Of a DNA stretch of 64,000 bases, positions 56,331-64,000 are shown piece by piece. Numbering within the stretch: the stretch's first letter is position 1; each line of letters starts with the position of its first letter. The stretch lies in assembly GCA_050949225.1 (NCBI GenBank), contig JBMNFI010000002.1:6100-70099 (forward strand). Direction: 5' to 3'. Source of the DNA: Bacillota bacterium. Its GTDB lineage: Bacteria; Bacillota; Dehalobacteriia; UBA4068. A model generated the notes under the pieces. The model did no database searches and had not been told where the DNA came from. It saw only the letters and a list, made by a program, of their open reading frames with translations. A program made the translations under genes and the position numbers.

Positions 56331-57689
56331 ATGATTAATTCTCATAATATTATAGAAACTATTAAAATGATTGAGCAGGAAAATCTAGATATTAGAACCA
56401 TTACGATGGGAATATCTTTGCGGGATTGCTGTCATAGTGAGATTAAGATTGCCACACAAAAGGTTTATGATAAAATTACTAAATATGCGGAAAATTTGGT
56501 CCCGGTAGGGAAATCCATTGAACAAAAATATGGCATTCCTATTGTTAATAAACGTATTTCAGTTACTCCTATTTCCAGCATTGCTGAAAGTTGTGATAGT
56601 TCTGATTATCTGCTATTTGCTCAAGCTTTAGACGAGGCCGCGAAAACCACAGGTGTTGATTTTATTGGTGGTTACAGTGCTTTGGTACATAAAGGTTATA
56701 CAAAAGGTGATCGTTTTTTAGTGAATTCTTTACCGGAAGCCTTGTCGATGACAAACTTGGTTTGTGCTAGTGTTAATATTGGTTCTACGCGAGCCGGTCT
56801 TAATATGGATGCGGTGCGCGAAATGGGGCAAATAATCAAAAAAACAGCAGATTTAACGGCTGAACGTGAGGCGATTGGTGCCGCTAAATTAGTTGTTTTT
56901 TGTAATGCGGTAGAGGACAATCCCTTCATGGCAGGTGCTTTTCATGGTGTAGGCGAGGGTGAATGTGTTATCAATGTTGGCGTTTCCGGCCCGGGTGTGG
57001 TGTCTAATGCTTTAAAAAAAGTCCCTGAAGGAGATTTTTCAGTAGTAGCAGATATCATTAAAAAAACTGCTTTTAAGATTACCAGAGTAGGACAACTGGT
57101 AGCTTATGAAGCAGCAAAAAAGCTCAATGTGCCTTTTGGAATTGTAGATCTTTCCTTAGCTCCTACTCCTGCTGTCGGTGATAGTGTAGCGCATATTTTA
57201 GAAGAGATGGGTCTGGAGATGTGCGGTACACATGGAACAACGGCGGCTTTGGCACTTTTAAACGATGCTATTAAAAAGGGAGGAACGATGGCCTCTTCCC
57301 ATGTAGGGGGTCTTTCGGGGGCTTTTATCCCCGTAAGTGAGGATGCGGGAATGATTAAGGCAACAAAAAACGGGGCACTGTCGCTGGCTAAATTGGAAGC
57401 AATGACAGCTGTTTGCTCAGTTGGTTTGGATATGGTTGTGGTTCCGGGGAAAACCTCTGCGGAAACAATTTCCGGTATTATTGCTGATGAGGCGGCAATC
57501 GGGATGGTGAATTCTAAAACAACTGCTGTGCGCATTATTCCGGCCCCCGGTAAAGACGTCGGAGATGAATTAAATTTTGGCGGCTTACTGGGTAATGGTC
57601 CAGTGATGAATGTTTCGGAATATAGCTGCGATAATTTTATCAAACGCGGCGGATGCATTCCGGCACCTTTGCAAAGCTTAAAAAATTAG
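56331..57689 (+). CDS. UPF0210 / DUF711 family protein
   Basis: 452 aa. [27 protein letters not shown] is the typical DUF711 N-terminus. Confidence 0.75.
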   Translation: MINSHNIIETIKMIEQENLDIRTITMGISLRDCCHSEIKIATQKVYDKITKYAENLVPVGKSIEQKYGIPIVNKRISVTPISSIAESCDSSDYLLFAQALDEAAKTTGVDFIGGYSALVHKGYTKGDRFLVNSLPEALSMTNLVCASVNIGSTRAGLNMDAVREMGQIIKKTADLTAEREAIGAAKLVVFCNAVEDNPFMAGAFHGVGEGECVINVGVSGPGVVSNALKKVPEGDFSVVADIIKKTAFKITRVGQLVAYEAAKKLNVPFGIVDLSLAPTPAVGDSVAHILEEMGLEMCGTHGTTAALALLNDAIKKGGTMASSHVGGLSGAFIPVSEDAGMIKATKNGALSLAKLEAMTAVCSVGLDMVVVPGKTSAETISGIIADEAAIGMVNSKTTAVRIIPAPGKDVGDELNFGGLLGNGPVMNVSEYSCDNFIKRGGCIPAPLQSLKN

Positions 57690-57954
57690 AAAAGATTACT
57701 GGTTTATATTATCCTGTGCAAGCGGGGCTATTTACTATAAATAACAATATCTAAGTGTAATATGACTTGTTTTTGATTGGTACTTACAGTGTAGTGATCG
57801 CAGAGATATTTGACAAAAAAAGAGGGAGTAGACTCCCCCGGTTTAGAATAGTATTTTTGATGGTGCCGAGAGTGCAGTAAGAACTGATAAAAAAGAGTTT
57901 TATTTTGTAAAAAAGTATCATCCGTCGGCATAATCATCCGGTTATATCGACGGA

Positions 57955-59031
57955 TTATTTATAAACTATCAGATTGGTAGTTAGCCTTCTTTGTTGTCCA
58001 TCAGAAGGTTTGTTTAAAACGGCTCCTTTATAGAACATCACCGAAGAGCCGCCACCATCAAGGTTGTAGGCTTCCATCACGCCTAAGCGAAGTAAGAGCA
58101 CTTGTATCTCTTCCAAGGTGATACCATTAGACCAGTTACTTTGTCGACCGTCAACCACGATAAAAAAGAGATCACCATTAGGATATTGACCAAGAACTGT
58201 GCGTGGCTGACGAGTGACAGACCAGCCTGCAGGAATCGTAAGTGGTTCCCAATCTTTAATTAAAGAGGGTACAAAGGTTACACCTTGCCAGGCTCCGGAG
58301 CTTTTAAGCTCCTTTTTTGTTTTGTATTTACCACCAACTAGTCGATTACTTTTAGTAAGGCCAATGAAAGCCAGATTCTTATCAGGGGGAGTAAATTTAT
58401 TTACTAGTTTACCCTCAATCATGGTATTGCCTATTGGTGCCAGTTTTGCAACACCGTTGGTGGTCGAGGTGGCAAAACCACCGCCGTTGATAGCAAAAAT
58501 AGCATCATTTCTTCGGGCGGCCTGTTCGGTGGTTTCACCATAGGGATAGGCATCAGGGTTAATGGTAAAACGTAAGGCATCAGGTGTTTTAAGCTTGATT
58601 TTTGCCATGTAGCCACGCATATCTTCTTTGTTTAATTCAAAGATCATGATAGAGGAATTTTCCCCCTCACTTTTATATACGGCTTTACCTAAACGTTTGA
58701 CGATGATGTCTTCATAGGCTTCGATAGAAAAATTTTTATGCGATTTTGCTTGGATAGCTAACTGAGAAATTTGTTCAGAAATTTGCTCATTTGCGACGAT
58801 AACAGCTTTTACGGAATTGTCAAGATTATAAGCAGCTTGGGAAAGTCGAGTGGAGCTCTTTTCTGTTTTACCTAGGGATTTTTCCACAGCTGTCTCGCTT
58901 GGTATTAAAAGTGCGGCCTCAATATCGATGGCCGGTCTTAGCAAGTTATCCAAAAAGGCAGCAAACAGAAAGCCCAGAGCAAGTGCGGCCCCGAGATAAA
59001 GAGTTTTCATAATGGTTTTCTGTGATTTCAT
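57955..59031 (-). CDS. Phosphodiester glycosidase (NAGPA-like, DUF2233) family secreted protein
   Basis: 358 aa with an N-terminal TM/signal. AINGGGF and AYNLDGGGSS motifs are characteristic of this family. Confidence 0.7.
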   Translation of the reverse strand: MKSQKTIMKTLYLGAALALGFLFAAFLDNLLRPAIDIEAALLIPSETAVEKSLGKTEKSSTRLSQAAYNLDNSVKAVIVANEQISEQISQLAIQAKSHKNFSIEAYEDIIVKRLGKAVYKSEGENSSIMIFELNKEDMRGYMAKIKLKTPDALRFTINPDAYPYGETTEQAARRNDAIFAINGGGFATSTTNGVAKLAPIGNTMIEGKLVNKFTPPDKNLAFIGLTKSNRLVGGKYKTKKELKSSGAWQGVTFVPSLIKDWEPLTIPAGWSVTRQPRTVLGQYPNGDLFFIVVDGRQSNWSNGITLEEIQVLLLRLGVMEAYNLDGGGSSVMFYKGAVLNKPSDGQQRRLTTNLIVYK

Positions 59032-59035
59032 CTTT

Positions 59036-59509
59036 TTAGTAAATACCTTTAGATTCTTTTAATAGTTCAATAGTCTTTTTAAGATCTGTTAATTGGTTAT
59101 CGAGTGCCTTTATTTCTTTTTCCATGGATTTTTTTGTGGCGGAACTACTGCTGTCAAAATTAGCCCCCGCATCCTCTAAAACGGGAGTGATGGCAGTTAT
59201 TTCTTTTTCAATGGAGTCTAGCCGTTTATTGATATCATCAAGAGCCTCTTGATTACTTTGTGCGATGGTTGTTAACTGTTGATTGACAAAAGCCTTGTCC
59301 TGAGAAAATTTGATAAATAGACCCATGCATGAGGCAGCAAAAGCGATGATTAAGATTAACCAGCTGAGATGTTTTGTCAAAGAGGATGGTTTTTTTTCTG
59401 TCCTTTTCTCAGCGGGTTCAAGAGCTTTCTCATCTCGCTTGGAGATTGTTGCAGAATTTGTGTTTTTTTTGCAAGAAGAAGCTGGATCCTCAGACTGGTA
59501 ATGTGTCAT
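59036..59509 (-). CDS. Hypothetical membrane-anchored coiled-coil protein
   Basis: One TM (LSWLILIIAFAASCMGLFI) followed by heptad-rich sequence. Start trimmed to the ATG at 59509 (GGGAGGTGAGG upstream). Confidence 0.5.
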   Translation of the reverse strand: MTHYQSEDPASSCKKNTNSATISKRDEKALEPAEKRTEKKPSSLTKHLSWLILIIAFAASCMGLFIKFSQDKAFVNQQLTTIAQSNQEALDDINKRLDSIEKEITAITPVLEDAGANFDSSSSATKKSMEKEIKALDNQLTDLKKTIELLKESKGIY

Positions 59510-59607
59510 AGCCTCACCTCCCAATATTTTTCAAGCAGAGATTTTTAGAATTAATAAGTTTAACATAAAGGTAAAAAATAAAGGTAAAAACACCCGGTTA
59601 GGTGTTT

Positions 59608-60858
59608 TTACGTGAGAAACTTTATTTTGGCACCAAGTGTCGAAAACTTAGCACATATGTCATCATAGCCGCGTTCAATATGATATGTTTCATTAATAGA
59701 TGTGGTGTTTTCAGCCGTTAAGCCGGCGATAATTAAGGCCGCTCCGGCTCGCAAATCAGTGGCCGAAACGGGATTTCCTTTAAGGCGGCTAACCCCGTTG
59801 ATAATGGCGGTATGATCTTTGACCGTGATGTCGGCACCCATTTTTTTCAATTCATCAACATGCATAAAACGATTTTCAAAGACTGTCTCCCGTACCGAGC
59901 TCGAGCCTTTAGCCTTAGTTAAAAGTGCCATAAACTGAGCCTGCATATCCGTAGGAAAGCCTGGATAAGGCAGGGTTTTTATGTCAAGCGGTTTAATTTC
60001 GGGAGACTTTTGGATTATTAAATGATCATCATATTCTTTGATTAAAGCGCCGGTTTCTTCCAGTTTGGCAGTAATTGATTTTAAGTGTTCAGGTATGATG
60101 TTTTTTATGATAACCTGTTCACCGATAGCTGCCGCTGCGACCATAAAAGTGCCGGCTTCGATGCGATCCGGAATTACGGTATGTTGGATCGGCCGGAGGG
60201 ATTTTACCCCCTTGATCCGAATGACATTGGTCCCGGCCCCTTTTATTTTAGCACCCATTGCTGATAAGAAATTGGATAAGTCCACAATTTCCGGCTCGGC
60301 AGCAGCATTTTCAATAATAGTGGTCCCCTCTGCTAAAGAGGCGGCCATCATCAAGTTTTCTGTAGCTCCTACACTGGGGAAATCCAGATAGATACGATTT
60401 CCCTGCAACTGCGGACAATTGGCGGTAATATAGTTGTGACCAATGGAAACCTCTACTCCCATAGCTTCAAACCCTTTTAAGTGAAGGTCGATCGGTCTGG
60501 AGCCGATATTACAGCCACCGGGCAAAAACATTTTTACCTGCCCTTTTTTAGCCAGAAGCGGTCCCATGATCAAAAAAGAGGCTCTCATTTTTCTGACCAG
60601 CTCGCCGGGAGCTTCTTTACCATTAACGCCAGTAGTATCTATTTGTAGTTGCTTGTTTTTCAAAGAAGTTTTTGCCCCTAATGAATCCAAAACCCGGCAC
60701 ATGATCTTGACGTCTGAAAGAAGAGGGGCATCATCGATAAAACAGGTGCCATCAGCCAGCAAAGAGGCCGCCATAAGAGGCAGAACAGCATTTTTAGCAC
60801 CACTTATGGTAACCTCTCCGCGAAGAGGGAATCCGCCTTCAATGATTATTTTTCTCAA
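59608..60858 (-). CDS. murA: UDP-N-acetylglucosamine 1-carboxyvinyltransferase
   Basis: 416 aa. GEVTISGAKNAVLPLMAASLL and the catalytic-loop region LPGGCNIGSRPIDLHL. TTG start at 60858 with GGAGGA upstream. Confidence 0.95.
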   Translation of the reverse strand: MRKIIIEGGFPLRGEVTISGAKNAVLPLMAASLLADGTCFIDDAPLLSDVKIMCRVLDSLGAKTSLKNKQLQIDTTGVNGKEAPGELVRKMRASFLIMGPLLAKKGQVKMFLPGGCNIGSRPIDLHLKGFEAMGVEVSIGHNYITANCPQLQGNRIYLDFPSVGATENLMMAASLAEGTTIIENAAAEPEIVDLSNFLSAMGAKIKGAGTNVIRIKGVKSLRPIQHTVIPDRIEAGTFMVAAAAIGEQVIIKNIIPEHLKSITAKLEETGALIKEYDDHLIIQKSPEIKPLDIKTLPYPGFPTDMQAQFMALLTKAKGSSSVRETVFENRFMHVDELKKMGADITVKDHTAIINGVSRLKGNPVSATDLRAGAALIIAGLTAENTTSINETYHIERGYDDICAKFSTLGAKIKFLT

Positions 60859-60936
60859 ATCTATTCCTCCTACTAAAAAGCCATGATATGTGACCTAGTT
60901 AAATTCCACAAACGGATAGCTTTTTCCTGCTTTTAT

Positions 60937-61671
60937 CTAATAATCACTAAAAACAAGTGGTATTCCTAAATAAACGTAGGTCAGATTCTGTTCTTTATTG
61001 TAGTCGCTGATTATCTGTAAATTAACCTGGTGTTCCTGATAACTGACTGCTGGAGCCAGGCCCTCGGCATAACCGCTGTAACAGATATAATTTTCAGAAT
61101 TTACAACAGTTGTTTTTTGAGCACCGGCAGCTTTCATGGCTTGAGAAAAAAGTTTTTCTAATTTATCTAAGCGGTATTTACCTTCCAAAGTCCCCATGAT
61201 CAGATAAGTGTAGTCAGCATTTTCACCCAATTGTTGTTGCATGTCATAACGCAATCCGGGAAAGGCCGAAATTTGTCCTGAGGTTTCGATATTGATAATT
61301 AAATAAGTTTGCCCCGGCAAAGATTGGCAAATAATTTCATATTGGGCTTGTTGTTTCGTGCCTGTTAGACTGGCCTGGCACCAGGAATCGCTATAATCCT
61401 GGCGTTGATTTATAATTTCCAGATCCAAATTTTTAGCTATTTTTTCTGTTTTTTTTGTAAGTTCCGGAAGAGTTAAATATTTTTCCTCGCTTAAAGTCCA
61501 ACCGGCAAGATGCATCATTTTATCTTGTGCCTGAATAATATTAAAGGCCTCTAAGAGGGGCTCTTGTTGTGCCTGATTAGCCGTAAAGCTACATGCGCTT
61601 AAAAGAAGAGCCGATAACAACAATCCGGCGCAGAGAATAATTAAAGGTTTTCGGGTCAAACTGGACATCAA
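60937..61671 (-). CDS. Lipoprotein, YwmB-like by position (upstream of murA)
   Basis: Lipobox LLLSAC. 244 aa. It occupies the slot held by ywmB next to murAA in B. subtilis. Family membership was not verified from motifs. Confidence 0.4.
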   Translation of the reverse strand: MMSSLTRKPLIILCAGLLLSALLLSACSFTANQAQQEPLLEAFNIIQAQDKMMHLAGWTLSEEKYLTLPELTKKTEKIAKNLDLEIINQRQDYSDSWCQASLTGTKQQAQYEIICQSLPGQTYLIINIETSGQISAFPGLRYDMQQQLGENADYTYLIMGTLEGKYRLDKLEKLFSQAMKAAGAQKTTVVNSENYICYSGYAEGLAPAVSYQEHQVNLQIISDYNKEQNLTYVYLGIPLVFSDY

Positions 61672-61772
61672 ATAATCTCCTTTTTTAGTTTATTTTGCGC
61701 AAGCTATTTGGGAATATGCAAGTAATAAAAAAATTCACCACCCATAAAATGACAAAGGGGGTGTTTTCTTAG

Positions 61773-62717
61773 ATGAAAATTTTGAAAAAAATATTAATAT
61801 ATATTGCATTAATGATAATCCTGTTGGCGGTGTTGCCACTAATCATTGTATGGGGAAGTGATGCTAAGAAAGAAAGTAGCGATGTGGTCCCGGTGATCTC
61901 TGTTCTAAATCAACAAGGCAAGCAGGAGGAGATTTCCTTGGAGGAATATGTCGTGGGGGTTGTTTCGGCGGAGATGCCCGCAAATTTTCAATTAGAGGCT
62001 CTTAAGGCGCAAGCTATTGCTGCACGTACCTTTATCTATCGCAATAGTCCCTCGCCCTTGGGTGAGGGAGGCAGGCATGGGGCAATTTCTGTTTGTTCCG
62101 ATTTCAAACATTGTCAGGCCTATCTAGATATCGAAGGCAGAAGGGAAAAGTGGCAAGAGCGAACGGAAAAATATGAAAAAAAAGTGCGTCAGGCTGTGCA
62201 AGAAACGCAAGGGCAAATAATCACAGTTGATGATAAGGCCGTGAGTACACCCTATTTTGCAATTTGTGGCGGGCATACGGCAGACTCCTCTACTGTATGG
62301 AAAGGGGAGGAGAAAACATGGCTAAAGGGTGTGACTTGTAAATGGTGTAAAGATGCCGCCAAATATCAAAGTCAAGTTGTTTTTACTCTTAAGGAGGCCG
62401 CTGAAAGGCTTAAAGTTTCTGAACAGGATTTGAAAAAAATGAAGATAGAGAAAAAAAATCCGGAAGGACGAATAGCAACGGTTAAAGCCGGTGACAAACA
62501 ACTTTCGGGAACGGAAATACGTAGTAAATTAGCCCTTAATTCTGCTAATTTCTCTTGGAAGATTAAGGGCGATAAAATTGTTTTTTCCGTTCGCGGCTAT
62601 GGTCATGGTGTAGGATTGTGCCAGTATGGAGCGGCCGGATTGGCAAAGCAAGGTTACACAGCAGAAAAGATTCTTGCTTACTATTATCAGGGGGTTAAAA
62701 TTAAAAAAGTGTATTAA
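61773..62717 (+). CDS. spoIID: Stage II sporulation protein D (lytic transglycosylase)
   Basis: 314 aa. VVGVVSAEMPANFQLEALKAQAIAARTF, CSDFKHCQAY and YFAICGGHT are typical SpoIID blocks. Confidence 0.88.
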   Translation: MKILKKILIYIALMIILLAVLPLIIVWGSDAKKESSDVVPVISVLNQQGKQEEISLEEYVVGVVSAEMPANFQLEALKAQAIAARTFIYRNSPSPLGEGGRHGAISVCSDFKHCQAYLDIEGRREKWQERTEKYEKKVRQAVQETQGQIITVDDKAVSTPYFAICGGHTADSSTVWKGEEKTWLKGVTCKWCKDAAKYQSQVVFTLKEAAERLKVSEQDLKKMKIEKKNPEGRIATVKAGDKQLSGTEIRSKLALNSANFSWKIKGDKIVFSVRGYGHGVGLCQYGAAGLAKQGYTAEKILAYYYQGVKIKKVY

Positions 62718-62718
62718 T

Positions 62719-62753
62719 AATTTCAGCGCAGTCGGCCAACTGCGCTGAAATTA
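62719..62753. terminator. Bidirectional terminator between spoIID (+) and the M23 gene (-)
   Basis: TTTCAGCGCAGT-cggcca-ACTGCGCTGAAA: a 12-bp perfect stem that overlaps the stop codon of the minus-strand gene. Confidence 0.8.
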
Positions 62754-63410
62754 ATTTATATAATCGAGGGGATTTTGTGGACCATTCGGTGTATTAATTT
62801 CTAAATGGATATGTGATTCCTGTAATTTTTCCGCAGGGGGGCTGTCGGTAACCTTGCCGATTGTTTCACCGGCGATTACAGACTGTCCTTCTTTGATAGA
62901 AAAAGCTTTAACCCCGCAGTAAATGCTGGTTACTTCTTGAGCATGAATGATCTCAATGCAGTCTCCCCACAGGGCATCCGTATAAATTTTATCGATTTTG
63001 CCATCGGCTACGGCAAAGACCAGTTCGTCTATGCCTAAAGACATGTCGGCACCTTTATGGAAACGATAGTCTTCAAAGGTTGGATCAAATTGGTAACCAT
63101 AGGTTCTGCTCCATTCGGCATTTGCCGGAGGCAGCCACGTGGTGACTTTATTTGCTGCCGGTTCTGCCTTTTCTGTCGCATCTGCAGTAATTGATTGCTG
63201 ATTTAAGGAGCTACTGTTTGTTGATTTTTCTATGGATTCCGGCGCTTCTGATTCGCTGATAAGCGGCGGATTTTGTGGGGGAGCCTCTGTATTATCAGAT
63301 TTCGGGAGAGTGATATTCCAGATAATCAAAACGATGACGAGTGCCACAAGGATTACTCCGGAACGGCGAAAAAATTTTTTATTTAATAGTTCTTTCATCG
63401 GTTCTTTCAT
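62751..63410 (-). CDS. Membrane-anchored LytM/M23-domain protein, SpoIIQ-like
   Basis: N-terminal TM (GVILVALVIVLIIWNI), a linker, and a LytM domain with HKGAD and HIHLE. It lies next to spoIID, as spoIIQ does in Clostridioides difficile. Start trimmed to 63410 (GAGGAGG upstream). Confidence 0.6.
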   Translation of the reverse strand: MKEPMKELLNKKFFRRSGVILVALVIVLIIWNITLPKSDNTEAPPQNPPLISESEAPESIEKSTNSSSLNQQSITADATEKAEPAANKVTTWLPPANAEWSRTYGYQFDPTFEDYRFHKGADMSLGIDELVFAVADGKIDKIYTDALWGDCIEIIHAQEVTSIYCGVKAFSIKEGQSVIAGETIGKVTDSPPAEKLQESHIHLEINTPNGPQNPLDYIN

Positions 63411-63534
63411 TAAAAAACCTCCTCTCAAAGGATATTATTACCAAAAAACATTTTTATATACGAAAATTTTATGAATCCTTTAGAAAGGTTTCTGCTACAG
63501 CTAAGGAGAAATATAAAACTAAGGGAGTATAAAC

Positions 63535-64000
63535 ATGGAATTTTTAGTAATTGCTTGCGCTATGTTGCAAAAAGAGCTGGAGCGGGTGCGGGATAAAGCT
63601 GCTTTTATGACAAAGAACAGTTATGATTTAGTTTACTGGTCTGCGCAGCTGCATAATCATCCGCAAAAAATGCGTCAAGCGGTTAAAAAACTTTTATCCT
63701 CAGCCCAAAATTATGATGCCGTCTTATTGGTGCCGGGTTCTTGCGGGCGGGCCTTAAACGGATTGCAGTGTCCGCTAAAACTGGTGTTACCAAAAGCTGA
63801 TGATTGTATCAGCTTGCTTTTACCTGATGGGCGGAAAGAAAAGGGTGTTTTTTACCTGACGCCGGCTTGGCTGCAGGGGGAGTCCAGTTTTTTTGCGCAA
63901 TATGAAAAGATGGCGAATAAAAAGGGCTCTGAGACTGCGCATTACTATTTGCGTAAAATGTTGAATGAATATAAAGCCCTTTGTTTTTTGTCACAGACGG
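63535..64000 (+). CDS. Hypothetical protein, possibly DUF1638 family; 3' end outside the window
   Basis: ATG at 63535 after AAGGGAG. MEFLVIACAMLQKELERV...LLVPGSCGRAL resembles the DUF1638 pattern as I recall it. The frame is open to the window end. Confidence 0.4.
   Translation, partial: MEFLVIACAMLQKELERVRDKAAFMTKNSYDLVYWSAQLHNHPQKMRQAVKKLLSSAQNYDAVLLVPGSCGRALNGLQCPLKLVLPKADDCISLLLPDGRKEKGVFYLTPAWLQGESSFFAQYEKMANKKGSETAHYYLRKMLNEYKALCFLSQT

Noticed and set aside
57104-57658. A 184-aa minus-strand ORF inside the UPF0210 gene.
   Set aside because: It is antisense to a well-supported conserved CDS, has low-complexity P/S/A-rich content, and has no RBS.
57728-57937. A 69-aa ORF in the convergent spacer between UPF0210 and the NAGPA-like gene.
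   Set aside because: It has no RBS and an odd composition. The region instead contains terminator-like hairpins (e.g. GGGAGT..ACTCCC with a U-run on the minus strand).
1-64000. A search by eye for CRISPR arrays, IS/transposase or integrase genes, prophage blocks, toxin-antitoxin pairs, defence systems, and tRNA/rRNA genes.
   Set aside because: I recognised none. The repeats found are limited to the two riboswitch-like copies, the intragenic domain repeats of the giant CDS, and short tandem or low-complexity tracts. A tRNAscan or cmscan run is still advisable because small RNAs cannot be excluded by eye.

Overview
This window is the chromosomal replication-origin region of a low-GC, endospore-forming Firmicute with Clostridia-like gene content. 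All calls come from hand translation and motif recall; no searches were run.

The core is the classic origin layout. On the minus strand, running leftward, are rpmH-rnpA-yidD-yidC-jag-mnmE-mnmG-rsmG-soj-spo0J. On the plus strand are dnaA-dnaN-recF. DnaA-box clusters lie in both the rpmH-dnaA and dnaA-dnaN spacers, and a near-consensus parS lies between mnmG and rsmG.

Left of spo0J is a long housekeeping run: prfA-prmC-tsaC-ywlE-rpiB-glyA-dCMP deaminase-wecB, argS, fba, alr, a femAB-family gene, rpmE, mscL, larC, gerM, pepV, pepF and panB. Right of recF lie murI, a UPF0237/UPF0210 pair, a murA-ywmB-like block, spoIID and a spoIIQ-like gene.

Three parts are not housekeeping:
1. Positions 1-6125 (minus strand) hold a secreted protein of more than 2,040 codons, truncated by the window edge and missing from the ORF track. 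It has nine tandem SUOX-fold (molybdopterin-binding-like) domains and a C-terminal beta-propeller. Its leader looks like a Moco riboswitch followed by an intrinsic terminator.
2. A second copy of the same aptamer lies at 17.8 kb on the plus strand. It has its own promoter and terminator but no ORF downstream, so it may be a riboswitch-controlled non-coding RNA or a relic.
3. At 28.5-31.0 kb there are three tandem tiny Cys-rich membrane proteins (YjcZ-like), a Gly/Asn/Pro low-complexity protein and a small ORF.

I recognised no rRNA or tRNA genes, CRISPR arrays, transposases, integrases or defence genes. Several ORF-track starts were trimmed to SD-supported starts, and TTG/GTG starts are frequent.
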